DNA of 64,000 nt from the NCBI GenBank assembly GCA_031426835.1, contig JASJPF010000016.1:24023-88022 (forward strand), read 5' to 3'. This document shows, piece by piece, positions 1 through 9,362 of the stretch. This DNA is from Thiobacillus sp. (lineage in GTDB: Bacteria > Pseudomonadota > Gammaproteobacteria > Burkholderiales > Thiobacillaceae). A program made the translations under genes and the position numbers. Below the pieces are notes generated by a model, which saw only the letters and a list, made by a program, of their open reading frames with translations, searched no databases and had not been told where the DNA came from. The stretch's first letter is position 1, and every line of letters starts with the position of its first letter.

Positions 1-865
1 CCTCTGCCAGATCATGCACATTAATGGGCACGTCATCCTTGAGTGCGTGGTCGTCACTTTCCAACTGTGACAACGTCAGCAGGTCATCCAGCAGATGTTG
101 CATGCGCCGGGTGTGGTCCAGCATCAAGTCGAAATAGCGCTTGGATTCTGCAGCAGGCAATTCAGGTGCATCCGCCAGGGTTTCGACAAACCCACCCACC
201 ACAGTCAGTGGCGTGCGTAACTCGTGTGAAACATTGGCAATGAAATCGCGCCGCATCGCATCAACACGCTCGAGGTCGGTGATATCCCGGGCAACCAGCA
301 GTTTTTGCGACGCACCAAACGGCACCAACTGCAGTGAAACCGTGACCTCACGGTTAATCGGGGATTTGCAGACCAGCCGCTTCGAGTAGTCCACCGCATC
401 GAGAAATGCCAGGAAATGCGCTTGCCGCAACAGGTAACGAATGAACTGACCGCGGTCACGCTCGCAATCCAGGCCCAGATATTTACGCGAGGCGGGATTA
501 CACCACTCGATCTGGTCGCTGCGATTAAGAATGACCATACCGTCAGGCACGGCCTGCGCGGCGTGTTCGAACTGTTCGAGCGCGTTGGTCAGCTCGCTGC
601 GACTGGCGCGCTGACGACGCTGAAGTTTGTCGAGGCGGTAGAAGATATCGCCCCAGGTGCCGGTGGCATCAGGCGGATCCACTTCATCCGGGTTTTCCAG
701 CCAGCGCGACAGGCGGTATTCCTGCAACAGGCGGCGCAACATTACAAAAGCCTGAATGCCCGCCAGAAACGTCAGCGCAGCCACCCAGCCCGAGCCGGCC
801 CACAACAACAGTGCCACCAGCATGACACCAGCCAGCACGCCCAGCGGTCGCCACCAGAAACCCAT
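1..865 (-). CDS. phoR: Phosphate-regulon sensor histidine kinase PhoR (3' end runs off the window)
   Basis: Frame open from ATG at 865 to position 1, so it has no stop and is absent from the ORF track. My translation: MGFWWRPLGVLAGVMLVALLLWAG (TM), a PAS-like segment, then H-box RRDFIANVSHELRTPLT. Lies 33 nt downstream of phoB. Confidence 0.85.
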   Translation of the reverse strand, partial: MGFWWRPLGVLAGVMLVALLLWAGSGWVAALTFLAGIQAFVMLRRLLQEYRLSRWLENPDEVDPPDATGTWGDIFYRLDKLQRRQRASRSELTNALEQFEHAAQAVPDGMVILNRSDQIEWCNPASRKYLGLDCERDRGQFIRYLLRQAHFLAFLDAVDYSKRLVCKSPINREVTVSLQLVPFGASQKLLVARDITDLERVDAMRRDFIANVSHELRTPLTVVGGFVETLADAPELPAAESKRYFDLMLDHTRRMQHLLDDLLTLSQLESDDHALKDDVPINVHDLAE

Positions 866-898
866 GTTCAACCACCCATTGAAATCAAGCTTGGGGAA

Positions 899-1591
899 TT
901 ATCCCACTTCGACCGAAAAACGATAGCCCGAACCCCGAACGGTCTGGACCAGCCCGGCATGGCCCGACGGTTCCAGCGCAAGCCGCAGTCGGCGGATATG
1001 GACATCGACCGTGCGCTCTTCCACAAAGACATCGTCGCCCCACACCTGGTCAAGCAGTTGGGCGCGCGAATACACGCGCTCGGAATGGGTCATGAAAAAG
1101 TGCAGCAAACGGAATTCGGTTGGCCCCAGTTCCAGCGTCTGGCCATTTCCCTGCACGCGGTGGCGGGCCGGGTCGAGCCTGAGGCCGTTGGTTTCCACCG
1201 GTTCATCGGTCATTTGCGGTGCCCGGCGGCGCAGCACCGCCTTGATGCGCGACACCAGTTCGCGCGGCGAAAACGGCTTGGTCATGTAGTCATCCGCACC
1301 GGAATCCAGCCCCAACACCTTGTCGCGTTCTTCGCCGCGCGCAGTCAGCATGATGATGGGGACCGGCTGATAGCGCTCGTCGTTGCGCAGTCGCTTGCAC
1401 AGATCGACCCCCGACATGCCGGGCAACATCCAGTCGAGCAGGATGACGTCGGGCAGCGTGTTTTTAAGGAATTGCAGCGCATGTTCCGCGTCGCCGCTGA
1501 CGCTGACCTGATGGCCCGCTTTGGTCAGATTGAATTTGAGCAGTTCCTGAATGCCGGTTTCGTCTTCGACCAGCAAAATATTGGCAGCCAT
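899..1591 (-). CDS. phoB: Phosphate regulon response regulator PhoB (REC + OmpR/PhoB winged helix)
   Basis: 230 aa. MAANILLVEDE...LDWMLPGMSG receiver domain and a C-terminal RTVDVHIRRLR...GSGYRF DNA-binding domain. Followed by phoR. Confidence 0.95.
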   Translation of the reverse strand: MAANILLVEDETGIQELLKFNLTKAGHQVSVSGDAEHALQFLKNTLPDVILLDWMLPGMSGVDLCKRLRNDERYQPVPIIMLTARGEERDKVLGLDSGADDYMTKPFSPRELVSRIKAVLRRRAPQMTDEPVETNGLRLDPARHRVQGNGQTLELGPTEFRLLHFFMTHSERVYSRAQLLDQVWGDDVFVEERTVDVHIRRLRLALEPSGHAGLVQTVRGSGYRFSVEVG

Positions 1592-1624
1592 AGGGCCTCC
1601 GGCATCGTTTCAATAATCGCCATA

Positions 1625-1656
1625 CTATGACGGCAGTATGACCTATTTATGACACC
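1625..1656 (-). promoter_or_regulatory. Pho box-like direct repeats upstream of phoB
   Basis: Minus strand reads GTGTCATAAATAGGTCATACTGCCGTCATAG. Three GTCAT cores sit exactly 11 nt apart (plus-strand ATGAC at 1627, 1638, 1649), 35-65 nt upstream of the phoB ATG. Confidence 0.55.
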
Positions 1657-1729
1657 CGCTGGCGTCCTTGAACCCCTGCCAGCCCACGCACTGGTAGAAT
1701 TCACGGGTTTCCCTCTCATTCCGTCTGCC

Positions 1730-2464
1730 ATGGATAAAACCACCCATTTCGGCTACAAGCAGGTTGCCGAATCCGAAAAAGCCGCCAAGGTGGCCGAGGT
1801 GTTCCACTCGGTTGCCGCGCAATACGACGTCATGAACGATCTCATGTCAGCCGGCCTGCATCGTTTGTGGAAGCGGTTTGCCGTGGCGCAGGCGGGCTTG
1901 CGGCCTGGCATGAAAGTGCTCGACGTCGCCGGCGGCACCGCCGATCTGACCCGACTTTTTTTGAAGGAAGTCGGCGAGGCCGGCAGCGTACTGCTGACCG
2001 ACATCAATTTCTCCATGCTGCGCGAAGGCCGCGATCGCATGTTGAACGAGGGCAGAACGCCCCCTGCCGTGCAGTGCGACGGCGAACGGCTGCCGTTTCC
2101 CTCCAATCATTTCGACTGCGTCTCCGTGGCCTTTGGCCTGCGCAACATGACGCACAAGGACCAGGCGCTGGCCGAAATGCACCGCGTGCTGAAACCCGGC
2201 GGCCGGCTGCTGGTGCTGGAATTCTCCAAAGTGTGGAAGCCGCTGGAACCGGTGTATGACCTGTATTCGTTCAAGCTGCTGCCGCTGATGGGCAAGCTCA
2301 TCGCCAGGGATGCCGCCAGCTACCAGTACCTGGCCGAGTCGATCCGCATGCACCCCGGCCAGGAAGAACTCAAGACCATGATGGAAACCGCCGGTTTTGC
2401 CAAGGTCAGCTATCACAACCTGACCGCCGGCGTGGTGGCGCTACACAAGGGCTTCAAGGTTTGA
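1730..2464 (+). CDS. ubiE: Demethylmenaquinone/ubiquinone C-methyltransferase UbiE
   Basis: [12 protein letters not shown]...[11 protein letters not shown] (SAM motif I)...[15 protein letters not shown]. The ORF track start (1649) is probably too far upstream; ATG at 1730 gives the canonical N-terminus. Confidence 0.93.
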   Translation: MDKTTHFGYKQVAESEKAAKVAEVFHSVAAQYDVMNDLMSAGLHRLWKRFAVAQAGLRPGMKVLDVAGGTADLTRLFLKEVGEAGSVLLTDINFSMLREGRDRMLNEGRTPPAVQCDGERLPFPSNHFDCVSVAFGLRNMTHKDQALAEMHRVLKPGGRLLVLEFSKVWKPLEPVYDLYSFKLLPLMGKLIARDAASYQYLAESIRMHPGQEELKTMMETAGFAKVSYHNLTAGVVALHKGFKV

Positions 2465-3066
2465 TCGCTGAAGGTTTATTCGAGCGCAGCCTCAATCATC
2501 TGCTGCAACAATCGCCCGGTGCTGCCGAGGCCTTGCGCCGCCACGCCGGGTGCAGCGTGCGCTTCGACCTGACATTGGCGCAATTCGATTTCCGCATTGC
2601 CGTCGACGGCTATTTCTCCGAAGCCGCGGTCGAGTCCTCCGACGCCGTCATCCGCCCCACCCCGGCACTCGTGACCCGCTTGCCTTTTTTTGGCCGCGAG
2701 GCGCTGCGCCATGCCGAATACAGCGGCGATCCTGCCTTGCTTGCCACACTCGACCGCGTCTTCAAGCAGTTGAACTGGGACGTCGAAGCCGACCTCGCGC
2801 CCATCGTCGGCGACATCGCGGCCCATCGCCTGCATGCGTTGGGCCGCGAAGCGATCGCCAGCCTGACCCAGGCGGCATCCGCGGTCGGCCACAACGCCAG
2901 CGAATACCTGGTGGAAGAAGCCGAACTGATGGCGCGTGCGGTCGATGTCACCCGATTCAATCGTGAAGTCGACACCCTCGCCGACGATGCGGCGCGGCTC
3001 GAAGCCCGCCTGCGTTTGCTGGAAGCCCGCCAACCTGTCGAGGACGCGCAGCCGCGCCCACAATGA
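2461..3066 (+). CDS. ubiJ: Ubiquinone biosynthesis accessory factor UbiJ (SCP2-like, YigP family)
   Basis: 201 aa. Sits between ubiE and ubiB as in E. coli, with 4-nt overlaps on both sides and a TTG start. Has a coiled C-terminal tail ([16 protein letters not shown]). Confidence 0.7.
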   Translation: MIAEGLFERSLNHLLQQSPGAAEALRRHAGCSVRFDLTLAQFDFRIAVDGYFSEAAVESSDAVIRPTPALVTRLPFFGREALRHAEYSGDPALLATLDRVFKQLNWDVEADLAPIVGDIAAHRLHALGREAIASLTQAASAVGHNASEYLVEEAELMARAVDVTRFNREVDTLADDAARLEARLRLLEARQPVEDAQPRPQ

Positions 3067-4589
3067 AGCTGTTTCGCCTGATCCGCATTCTCAGCGTCGG
3101 CCTGCGTTTCGGACTCGAGGAATTTTTTCTCGGTCATGAACGCGTACGACCGCTGCGCTGGCTGGTACGCGCCACTCTGTTCTGGCGTCCACTTTCCGAG
3201 CCGCGCGGGGTACGCCTGCGTCGCGCGCTGGAGGCGCTGGGCCCGATCTTCGTCAAGTTTGGTCAAATGCTCTCCACCCGCCGCGACCTGATTCCGCTCG
3301 ACATCGCCGATGAACTCGCGCTGCTGCAGGATCGGGTACCACCCTTCCCCTCGAACGAAGCGGTTGCCACACTGGAAGCACAATACAAAAAACCGCTGGC
3401 CGAGGTATTTGCCGAATTCAACGCCACCCCGGTCGCCTCCGCTTCGGTGGCACAGGTGCATTTTGCACGATTGCACAATGGCACACCGGTTGCGGTCAAG
3501 GTTCTGCGGCCCGGCATCGCGCCGGTGATCGCGCACGACGTGTCGCTGCTCTACGCCGCCGCCGGGCTGATCGAAAAACTGTTCGCCGACGGCAAGCGAC
3601 TGCGCCCACGCGAAGTCGTGTCCGAGTTCGAAAAGCATCTGGAAGACGAACTGGACCTGATGCGCGAAGCCGCCAACTGCTCGCAGTTGCGGCGCAACTT
3701 CACCGACTCACCACTGTTGCTGGTGCCCGAAGTGTATTGGGATTACTGCGGCCGCGACGTCATGGTGATGGATCGCATGGACGGCATTCCGGTGAGCCAG
3801 ATCGAGCGTTTGCGCGCATCCGGTGTGGACATCCCCAAACTCGCCGCCACCGGAGTGGAAATCTTCTTCACCCAGGTGTTCCGCGACGGCTTCTTCCACG
3901 CCGACATGCACCCCGGCAACATCCTGGTTCGCGCCGGTTCCGAGCAATACATCGCGCTCGACTTCGGCATCATGGGCACGCTCACCGAAGTCGACAAACA
4001 ATATCTTGCACGCAATTTCCTCGCCTTCTTTCAACGCGACTACAAGGCCGTGGCACTGGCGCATCTAGAATCCGGCTGGGTGCCGGCCGACACCCGCATC
4101 GACGAACTCGAAGCCGCGGTGCGCGCCGTGTGTGAGCCGGTATTCGACCGCCCGCTGAAAGATATTTCCTTCGGCCGCGTGCTATTGCAGCTGTTTCAGG
4201 CCTCGCGCCGTTTCAACGTGGAAATCCAGCCGCAGCTGGTGCTGCTGCAAAAAACCCTGCTCAACATCGAAGGCCTCGGCCGCCAACTCGACCCCGAGCT
4301 CGACCTGTGGAAAACCGCCAAGCCATTCCTTGAACGCTGGATGAACGAGCAGATGGGCTGGCGCGCGTTGCTGAAAAACCTGCAGACCGAAGCCCCAAAA
4401 TGGGCCGCCCTGTTGCCACAACTGCCGCGGTTGGCGCACCAGGCGCTGAATGAAAACCGGCTGACCCAACTGGAATCCGGCCTCACCCTCATGCTGCGCC
4501 AGCAGCACGCCCGCAACCGCTGGCTCGGTATCATTGCCGGCCTGCTTGCCGTTTTGTCGGTCGCCACGCTCTATTTCAACTTGCGATAA
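3063..4589 (+). CDS. ubiB: Ubiquinone biosynthesis regulatory protein kinase UbiB (ABC1/ADCK family)
   Basis: 508 aa. [27 protein letters not shown]-type motif ([11 protein letters not shown]), [10 protein letters not shown], and a C-terminal TM. Confidence 0.93.
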   Translation: MKLFRLIRILSVGLRFGLEEFFLGHERVRPLRWLVRATLFWRPLSEPRGVRLRRALEALGPIFVKFGQMLSTRRDLIPLDIADELALLQDRVPPFPSNEAVATLEAQYKKPLAEVFAEFNATPVASASVAQVHFARLHNGTPVAVKVLRPGIAPVIAHDVSLLYAAAGLIEKLFADGKRLRPREVVSEFEKHLEDELDLMREAANCSQLRRNFTDSPLLLVPEVYWDYCGRDVMVMDRMDGIPVSQIERLRASGVDIPKLAATGVEIFFTQVFRDGFFHADMHPGNILVRAGSEQYIALDFGIMGTLTEVDKQYLARNFLAFFQRDYKAVALAHLESGWVPADTRIDELEAAVRAVCEPVFDRPLKDISFGRVLLQLFQASRRFNVEIQPQLVLLQKTLLNIEGLGRQLDPELDLWKTAKPFLERWMNEQMGWRALLKNLQTEAPKWAALLPQLPRLAHQALNENRLTQLESGLTLMLRQQHARNRWLGIIAGLLAVLSVATLYFNLR

Positions 4590-4601
4590 GGACACACCGC
4601 C

Positions 4602-6017
4602 ATGCTGATTGGCTTTGTCACCCTCTATCTGATTCTCTCCATCGGCATCGGCCTGTTTGCCGCCACCAAAGTCCACAACGCCAGCGACTACATCACCGCA
4701 GGACGTTCACTGCCCATGGTCGTGGTGGTGGCGATGGTATTTGCAACCTGGTTTGGTGCTGAAACCGTACTGGGCATTCCCGCCACTTTCCTTAGCGAAA
4801 ACCTCGGCGCCACGATTTCCGATCCGTTCGGCGCCTCGCTCGCGCTGATTCTGTTCGGCCTGTTTTTCGCCCGCCCTCTGTACCGGATGAAGTTGCTCAC
4901 GCTGGGAGATTTCTTCCGTCGGCGCTACAACCGCCCGGTCGAAATGGTGATTTCGCTGGCCATCGCGCTCTCCTATCTGGGCTGGGTGTCCGCGCAGGTG
5001 GTGGCGCTGGGTCTGGTGTTCAACGTGCTGTCCGACGGTGTCATCACCCAGGTGCAGGGCATCTATATCGGTGCAGCCGTCGTCCTGCTCTATACCTTGT
5101 TCGGTGGCATGTGGTCGGTGGCCCTGACCACGCTGGTGCAAATGACGGTCATCGTCCTGGGGCTTTTATGGATCGCCAAGCTGGTGGGCGACATGCCCGA
5201 AGTGAATGGCATCGCCCCGGTCATTGAACACGCTGCCGCTGCCGGAAAATTCGAATTCTGGCCGCCCATGGAATGGGCCGCGGTGATCACCTTCATCGCC
5301 GGCTTTCTCACCATGGGGCTGGGCTCGATTCCACAGCAAGACGTGTTCCAGCGCGCCAATTCCAGCAGAAGCGAACGCATCGCGGTATGGGGCACCGTCA
5401 TCGGCGGCACCTTGTATTTCGTGTTCGCAGCCGTACCGATCTACCTCACCTACTCGGTCACGCTGGTCGACCCCGCTATGACCACAGCGCTGCTGGCCGA
5501 TGATGCCCAACTGGTCCTGCCCACCTTCATCAAAACCCATCTACCGCTTTATGCGCAGATCATTTTTTACGGCGCCCTGCTCTCGGTCATCATGTCGACG
5601 GCTTCCGGCACCCTGCTCGCGCCATCGGTCACCATCTCGGAAAACATCATCAAGGAACTCATGCCGCATCACCGCATGAGCCAGAAAAAACTGCTATGGA
5701 TCACCCGCAGCGTCGTCGTCGCTTTCACGGTACTGGTGGTGTTTTATTCGCTGTGGTCGCTGCAAACCGAAACCAGCATCCACCAGATGGTGGAAAACGC
5801 CTACAAGGTCACGCTGGCCTGCGCCTTCGTTCCACTGGTTGCCGGACTGTATTGGAAGCGCGCCAGCAACCTGGGGGCGGGACTGTCTATCGTGCTCGGG
5901 CTGGTGGCCTGGATCGCGATGGAATTCATCGCGCCGGATGCCGCATTGCCGCCGCAGTTTTCAGGCTTGATTGCCAGCCTCATCGGCATGGTTGCGGGGT
6001 CGCTGGCCACCCGGTAA
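4602..6017 (+). CDS. Sodium:solute symporter family (SSF) transporter
   Basis: 471 aa polytopic protein. The N-terminal motif DYITAGRSLP...ATWFGAETVLG is typical of SSF permeases. Its TAA stop (6015-6017) coincides with the putative IS630 TA target. Confidence 0.85.
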   Translation: MLIGFVTLYLILSIGIGLFAATKVHNASDYITAGRSLPMVVVVAMVFATWFGAETVLGIPATFLSENLGATISDPFGASLALILFGLFFARPLYRMKLLTLGDFFRRRYNRPVEMVISLAIALSYLGWVSAQVVALGLVFNVLSDGVITQVQGIYIGAAVVLLYTLFGGMWSVALTTLVQMTVIVLGLLWIAKLVGDMPEVNGIAPVIEHAAAAGKFEFWPPMEWAAVITFIAGFLTMGLGSIPQQDVFQRANSSRSERIAVWGTVIGGTLYFVFAAVPIYLTYSVTLVDPAMTTALLADDAQLVLPTFIKTHLPLYAQIIFYGALLSVIMSTASGTLLAPSVTISENIIKELMPHHRMSQKKLLWITRSVVVAFTVLVVFYSLWSLQTETSIHQMVENAYKVTLACAFVPLVAGLYWKRASNLGAGLSIVLGLVAWIAMEFIAPDAALPPQFSGLIASLIGMVAGSLATR

Positions 6018-7037
6018 TTCCCTGGGCTCGTTCCGGGGACTGTTCGAAGTTGGCGAGCGCCAGTTCGAGGTGGTTTTCCAGGGACTCAATACTGTCAAAG
6101 ACACGGTTATGGAAAGATTTCTCACGAAGATCATCCCAGAGGTGTTCGACCGGATTGAGCTCTGGCGCATACGGCGGTAGATACAGCAGTTGAAGATTAT
6201 TGCTTGGCAGGATGATGGCCTGACTGCGATGCCAGCCTGCGCCATCAACCACCATGAGGATGTTTTCTTCCAGGTGGCGGCTTGCGATCTCATCCAGAAA
6301 CACCTGCATACAGGCGCAATTCACACTGGGCAGTATCAGGGTGTCGAGCACGCCATCCACGGGTGAAACGGCGGCGTAGGAATAGGTGTATTCCTGCGTC
6401 ACCATGGCCTGCGTGAGGGGTCGCAGCGGCTTTGGACACCAGCAATACCGGGTTTGCGATATCCGTCCAAATCGCGCCTCGTCCTGGAACATAAGCCTCA
6501 GCGGCGCGGGGTGGTCGAAGCGTTTTTGTGCTTGATCGATTTCTTCGGGGAGTTTTTTTTCCACGCCTCCTGAGCCACCGGGTCTGACTGCGGATGCTGT
6601 TTGTCGGGCGCAAGCTTGCGCCAACCGTGACGGTGCAACATCGCGTACACCGTCGATAACGCCATGGGACGACCCAAGGCCGCCTCGATCTGGGCTTTCA
6701 GCGGCGGCACAATAATCACACCGCCCTGTTTGGCCCGTTCAATATGCGGTGCCAGCAAGGCTGCTTCGGCTTCAAACGTCATGCGCGCCCGGTTGCGCAG
6801 ACCCTTTCGTGTCTTGGGCTGTTCTTCTCCGCTTTGGATGCGGCCAAACCGCTTACGTAGCCTGAGCGCCCAACTCTTCGACACGCCCAAGACCACCCCT
6901 GCGTCGTCAAGCGATAAGCCAAACTTCAAGGGCAGCAATAAAGCTTGCGCCATGCGCAACTCGCCTATCGTCTTCGCATTCGCCGCTTGTGCGATTGCCG
7001 CATCCAGATATTCGCCTCCACCCGCCAATCTTGCCAT
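5980..7037 (-). CDS. IS630-family transposase in two overlapping frames (6498-7037 HTH part; 5980-6624 DDE part) joined by a -1 shift at an A8 run
   Basis: N-terminal frame: MARLAGGGEYLD...HRHGWRKL. C-terminal frame: FQDEARFG...VVDGAGWH...YAPELNPVEHLW (DDE). On the coding strand, TGG AAA AAA AAC (plus-strand T8 at 6553-6560) forms an A_AAA_AAC slippery heptamer. Confidence 0.75.
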
Positions 7038-7170
7038 GGGCCACTCCGCTCACCGTTGGTGACGCAATTATCGGCTTATTTAACTGGAAATAGAATAAAT
7101 CACGGCGGACTCCGTTTGAAGTCGCGTATGCATGTCAGTTTCAAGGTTTATCGAATGTCGGGAATTTTTA
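6015..7170 (-). mobile_element. IS630-family insertion sequence (ends approximate)
   Basis: Contains an HTH + DD(34)E transposase. The left end is inferred from TA at 6015-6016 and the transposase C-terminus. A candidate terminal repeat ATTCCCTGGGCTCGTT (6017-) matches the reverse complement of 7150-7165 (ATTCCCGACATTCGAT) at only 11/16 positions, so the right end is uncertain. Confidence 0.55.
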
Positions 7171-7270
7171 CAGTTTGCGGCAAGGCACCGCCTTCTAGTT
7201 GACAGCGCGGCTACGCCTAAATCATCTAACCAATTGAAAGAAATAATAAATAATAACCTGCACACGAAGC

Positions 7271-7286
7271 TGGCATAGTTGATGCT
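7271..7286 (+). promoter_or_regulatory. Sigma-54 (-24/-12) promoter of the vWA PEP-CTERM gene
   Basis: TGGCATAGTTGATGCT, with GG and GC at the canonical 12-nt register. It lies 92 nt upstream of the ATG and is almost identical to the elements at 25231 and 41541. Confidence 0.6.
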
Positions 7287-7377
7287 TATATCTCGTCAAG
7301 CTCAGGCCGATTGTGTTTTCAAGGAATAAATCGTGCTGACCCCATTTTCATTTTGAAACATTTTCATTTTGGAGGTC

Positions 7378-8136
7378 ATGATGAAACTCAACAAACTTGC
7401 CACTGCCCTGATGGCCACCGCCCTGATCGGCTTCGGCTCTTCCGCCCAAGCCGTCATTTTGACCGACATCGTCTGGGTCGTGGATACATCCGGTTCCATG
7501 GGCGGCGACATCGCCCAGGTCAAAAACAATATCGTTGCCTTCAATACCGTGATGACCAACGCAGGTATCGATGCCCAATACGGGCTGGTGCGCTTCGGGG
7601 GGCTAAACACGCTGATCCAGGACATCACCACCTTTGCCAACTTCAGTCAGGCCGGAAGTCCTTTCCAGTTGCTGGGAGCTACCGGTGGTGGCACGGAAGA
7701 TGGGTCTGGCGCCATCCAGGTTGCCTTGGGTGCGACTTTCCGCGCGAATTCCGTGCGCAACTTCATTCTTGTGACCGATGAAAATGATGACGTTTCTGGC
7801 AATCGTGTGGCACTCAATGATGCCTTGGCCGCCACAAACATCAAGGAACTTATCAACATCATCGGCAACCCGGGCGATGACGACAATAACTATTACCGCA
7901 ACTTGGCCCCCGCCCATGGTGGCGCATTCTTCAATATTGTAGATTTCCGGGCAAATCCTCAGGCTTTCTTCACGAACTTCACCACGACCAAGGTACAGGA
8001 AACCGTGATCAATTTCTGTGAGGCAAACCCGACCGCTCGACAGTGCACGGGCACCGTTCCCGAACCTAGTGTCCTGGCTCTGCTGGGCATTGGTCTGGCC
8101 GGTCTGGGCGCCATGCGCCGCCGCAAGACTGCCTAA
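7378..8136 (+). CDS. von Willebrand factor A domain protein with PEP-CTERM sorting signal
   Basis: Signal peptide MMKLNKLATALMATALIGFGSSAQA. MIDAS motif VVDTSGSMGG, then GGGTEDG and LVTDEND. C-terminal VPEPSVLALLGIGLAGLGAMRRRKTA. GGAGG at 7371-7375, so the start is 7378 or 7381. Confidence 0.9.
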   Translation: MMKLNKLATALMATALIGFGSSAQAVILTDIVWVVDTSGSMGGDIAQVKNNIVAFNTVMTNAGIDAQYGLVRFGGLNTLIQDITTFANFSQAGSPFQLLGATGGGTEDGSGAIQVALGATFRANSVRNFILVTDENDDVSGNRVALNDALAATNIKELINIIGNPGDDDNNYYRNLAPAHGGAFFNIVDFRANPQAFFTNFTTTKVQETVINFCEANPTARQCTGTVPEPSVLALLGIGLAGLGAMRRRKTA

Positions 8137-8156
8137 AGTCAGTCTGTTGGCACAAG

Positions 8157-8186
8157 AAAACGGCGACCCGCAGGTCGCCGTTTTTG
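8157..8186 (+). terminator. Rho-independent terminator after the vWA gene
   Basis: AAAA-CGGCGACC-CGCA-GGTCGCCG-TTTTT. Confidence 0.75.
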
Positions 8187-8245
8187 TTATTGACTTCCAA
8201 AACCCAAGAGCCCGCGCTTCAAACCCACATCGAAAAAAGCGGAAA

Positions 8246-8264
8246 AAAGGGGACGCTACCCTTT
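8246..8264 (-). repeat. REP-like hairpin, left flank of rayT (inverted copy)
   Basis: Plus strand AAAGGG-GACGCTA-CCCTTT. The minus strand reads AAAGGGTAGCGTCCCCTTT and contains GTAG. It has a 14-nt perfect inverted match (8251-8264) to 8967-8980. Confidence 0.6.
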
Positions 8265-8283
8265 AATTGTGTTAGCTTCTGAA

Positions 8284-8967
8284 ATGCCCAGACTATCCAG
8301 AGCGGTATTTGCTGGTGTTCCACACCACATCACGCAGCGCGGCAACCGGCGCGAAGACATTTTTTTCGTGGACGAAGATCGCGCAGCCTATCTGTTATGG
8401 CTCAAGGAATACTGCGAGAAATTCGAGGTTGAAATACTCGCCTATTGCCTCATGACCAACCACATCCACCTGGTTGCCGTTCCGGCAACCGACGACGGCC
8501 TGCACCGGGTGTTCAAGCCGCTGCACATGCGCTACGCCCAACGCATCAACCGTGCGCGTGGTTGGAAGGGGCATTTATGGCAAGGTCGGTTTTTCTCATC
8601 ACCCTTGGACGAAGCTTACCTGTGGGCGGCGGTACGCTATGTGGAACGCAACCCGGTACGTGCCGGTATGGAATGCTGTGCAGAGAATTACCGCTGGTCA
8701 AGCGCCGCCGCGCATTGCGGCAAACGAATAGACGGGCTTCTGAATCTGGAATCTGGCTGGAGCAAGCATTTCCTGGAGATGGAAGACTGGTCAGCCTGGC
8801 TTTCCGGGGGAGATGAAGCGGACGAAATCCAGGTGCTGAGGCGAAATGTCGAAAAAGGGCTGCCCTGCGGCTCTGCTGGCTTCGTTCAGAAATTGGGGAG
8901 GCGTGCAGGGCGCTTGCTGGAATATCGTCCTCAGGGCCGCCCTAAAAAGACTGGAGATAATGAATAA
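8284..8967 (+). CDS. REP-associated tyrosine transposase (RayT/TnpA-REP, IS200/IS605-like Y1 HUH family)
   Basis: HHITQRGNRRE..., HUH motif MTNHIHLVAV, and catalytic-Tyr region AAVRYVERNPVRAG. ATG at 8284 is preferred over the GTG at 8269. Confidence 0.85.
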   Translation: MPRLSRAVFAGVPHHITQRGNRREDIFFVDEDRAAYLLWLKEYCEKFEVEILAYCLMTNHIHLVAVPATDDGLHRVFKPLHMRYAQRINRARGWKGHLWQGRFFSSPLDEAYLWAAVRYVERNPVRAGMECCAENYRWSSAAAHCGKRIDGLLNLESGWSKHFLEMEDWSAWLSGGDEADEIQVLRRNVEKGLPCGSAGFVQKLGRRAGRLLEYRPQGRPKKTGDNE

Positions 8968-8985
8968 AAGGGTAGCGTCCTCTTT
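8967..8985 (+). repeat. REP-like hairpin, right flank of rayT
   Basis: AAAGGG-TAGCGTC-CTCTTT (one stem mismatch), containing GTAG. It overlaps the rayT stop codon. Confidence 0.6.
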
Positions 8986-9097
8986 TCCTTTATCGCCCCA
9001 TTAAATAGCCATTTATCGTTTCAAGGTGGTCGACCCCATGCTCACCCAAGCCCGCCGTTCAAGCTGCACATGCACAGCATCTTGTTATGGTTTTATA

Positions 9098-9119
9098 CAT
9101 GGTCTAGTATGAGACCATG
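9098..9119 (+). promoter_or_regulatory. Palindromic candidate operator of the phd/vapC operon
   Basis: CATGGTCT-AGTATG-AGACCATG: perfect 8-bp arms, with the right arm containing the antitoxin ATG (9117). Confidence 0.4.
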
Positions 9120-9362
9120 ATTACGCTGAATCTGAACCAGGCCAAAGCCCACTTATCCGAATGCATCGCCCAAGCCGAAGCTGGGGTGACGGTGGTCATC
9201 TGCAAACGGAACAAGCCCGTGGCCGAGCTCCGCGCGATTCCCCAACCGCAAAAGAAGCTACGCCCTATCGGGCTGCTCAAGGGACAGTTTTCTGTGCCGA
9301 AAGCATTTTTTGAGCCGCTGCCGGATGAGATCATCGCCGCATTCGAGGGGCGCGGGGGTTGA
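9117..9362 (+). CDS. Type II antitoxin, Phd/YefM family
   Basis: 81 aa, MITLNLNQAKAHLSECIAQAEAGVTVVICKRNKPVAEL. Overlaps the downstream PIN toxin gene by 4 nt. Confidence 0.85.
   Translation: MITLNLNQAKAHLSECIAQAEAGVTVVICKRNKPVAELRAIPQPQKKLRPIGLLKGQFSVPKAFFEPLPDEIIAAFEGRGG

Noticed and set aside
416-1630. Long ORFs antisense to well-supported genes. Examples: 416-1630 (+) opposite phoR/phoB, 2610-3638 (-) opposite ubiJ/ubiB, 16925-18808 (+) opposite pilQ, 52024-53490 (-) opposite accC, 59584-60255 (-) opposite gcvPB.
   Set aside because: They are typical shadow ORFs of high-GC DNA. Their translations are Arg/Ala/Gly/His-rich low-complexity with no recognisable motifs, whereas the opposite strand encodes textbook proteins.
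6033-7121. Direct repeat CCGGGGACTGTTCGAAG (6033-6049) / CGGCGGACTCCGTTTGAAG (7103-7121) near both ends of the IS630 element.
   Set aside because: It is in direct rather than inverted orientation, is imperfect with indels, and the left copy lies inside the transposase coding region. It does not fit IS630 terminal structure, so I treat it as chance or subterminal similarity.
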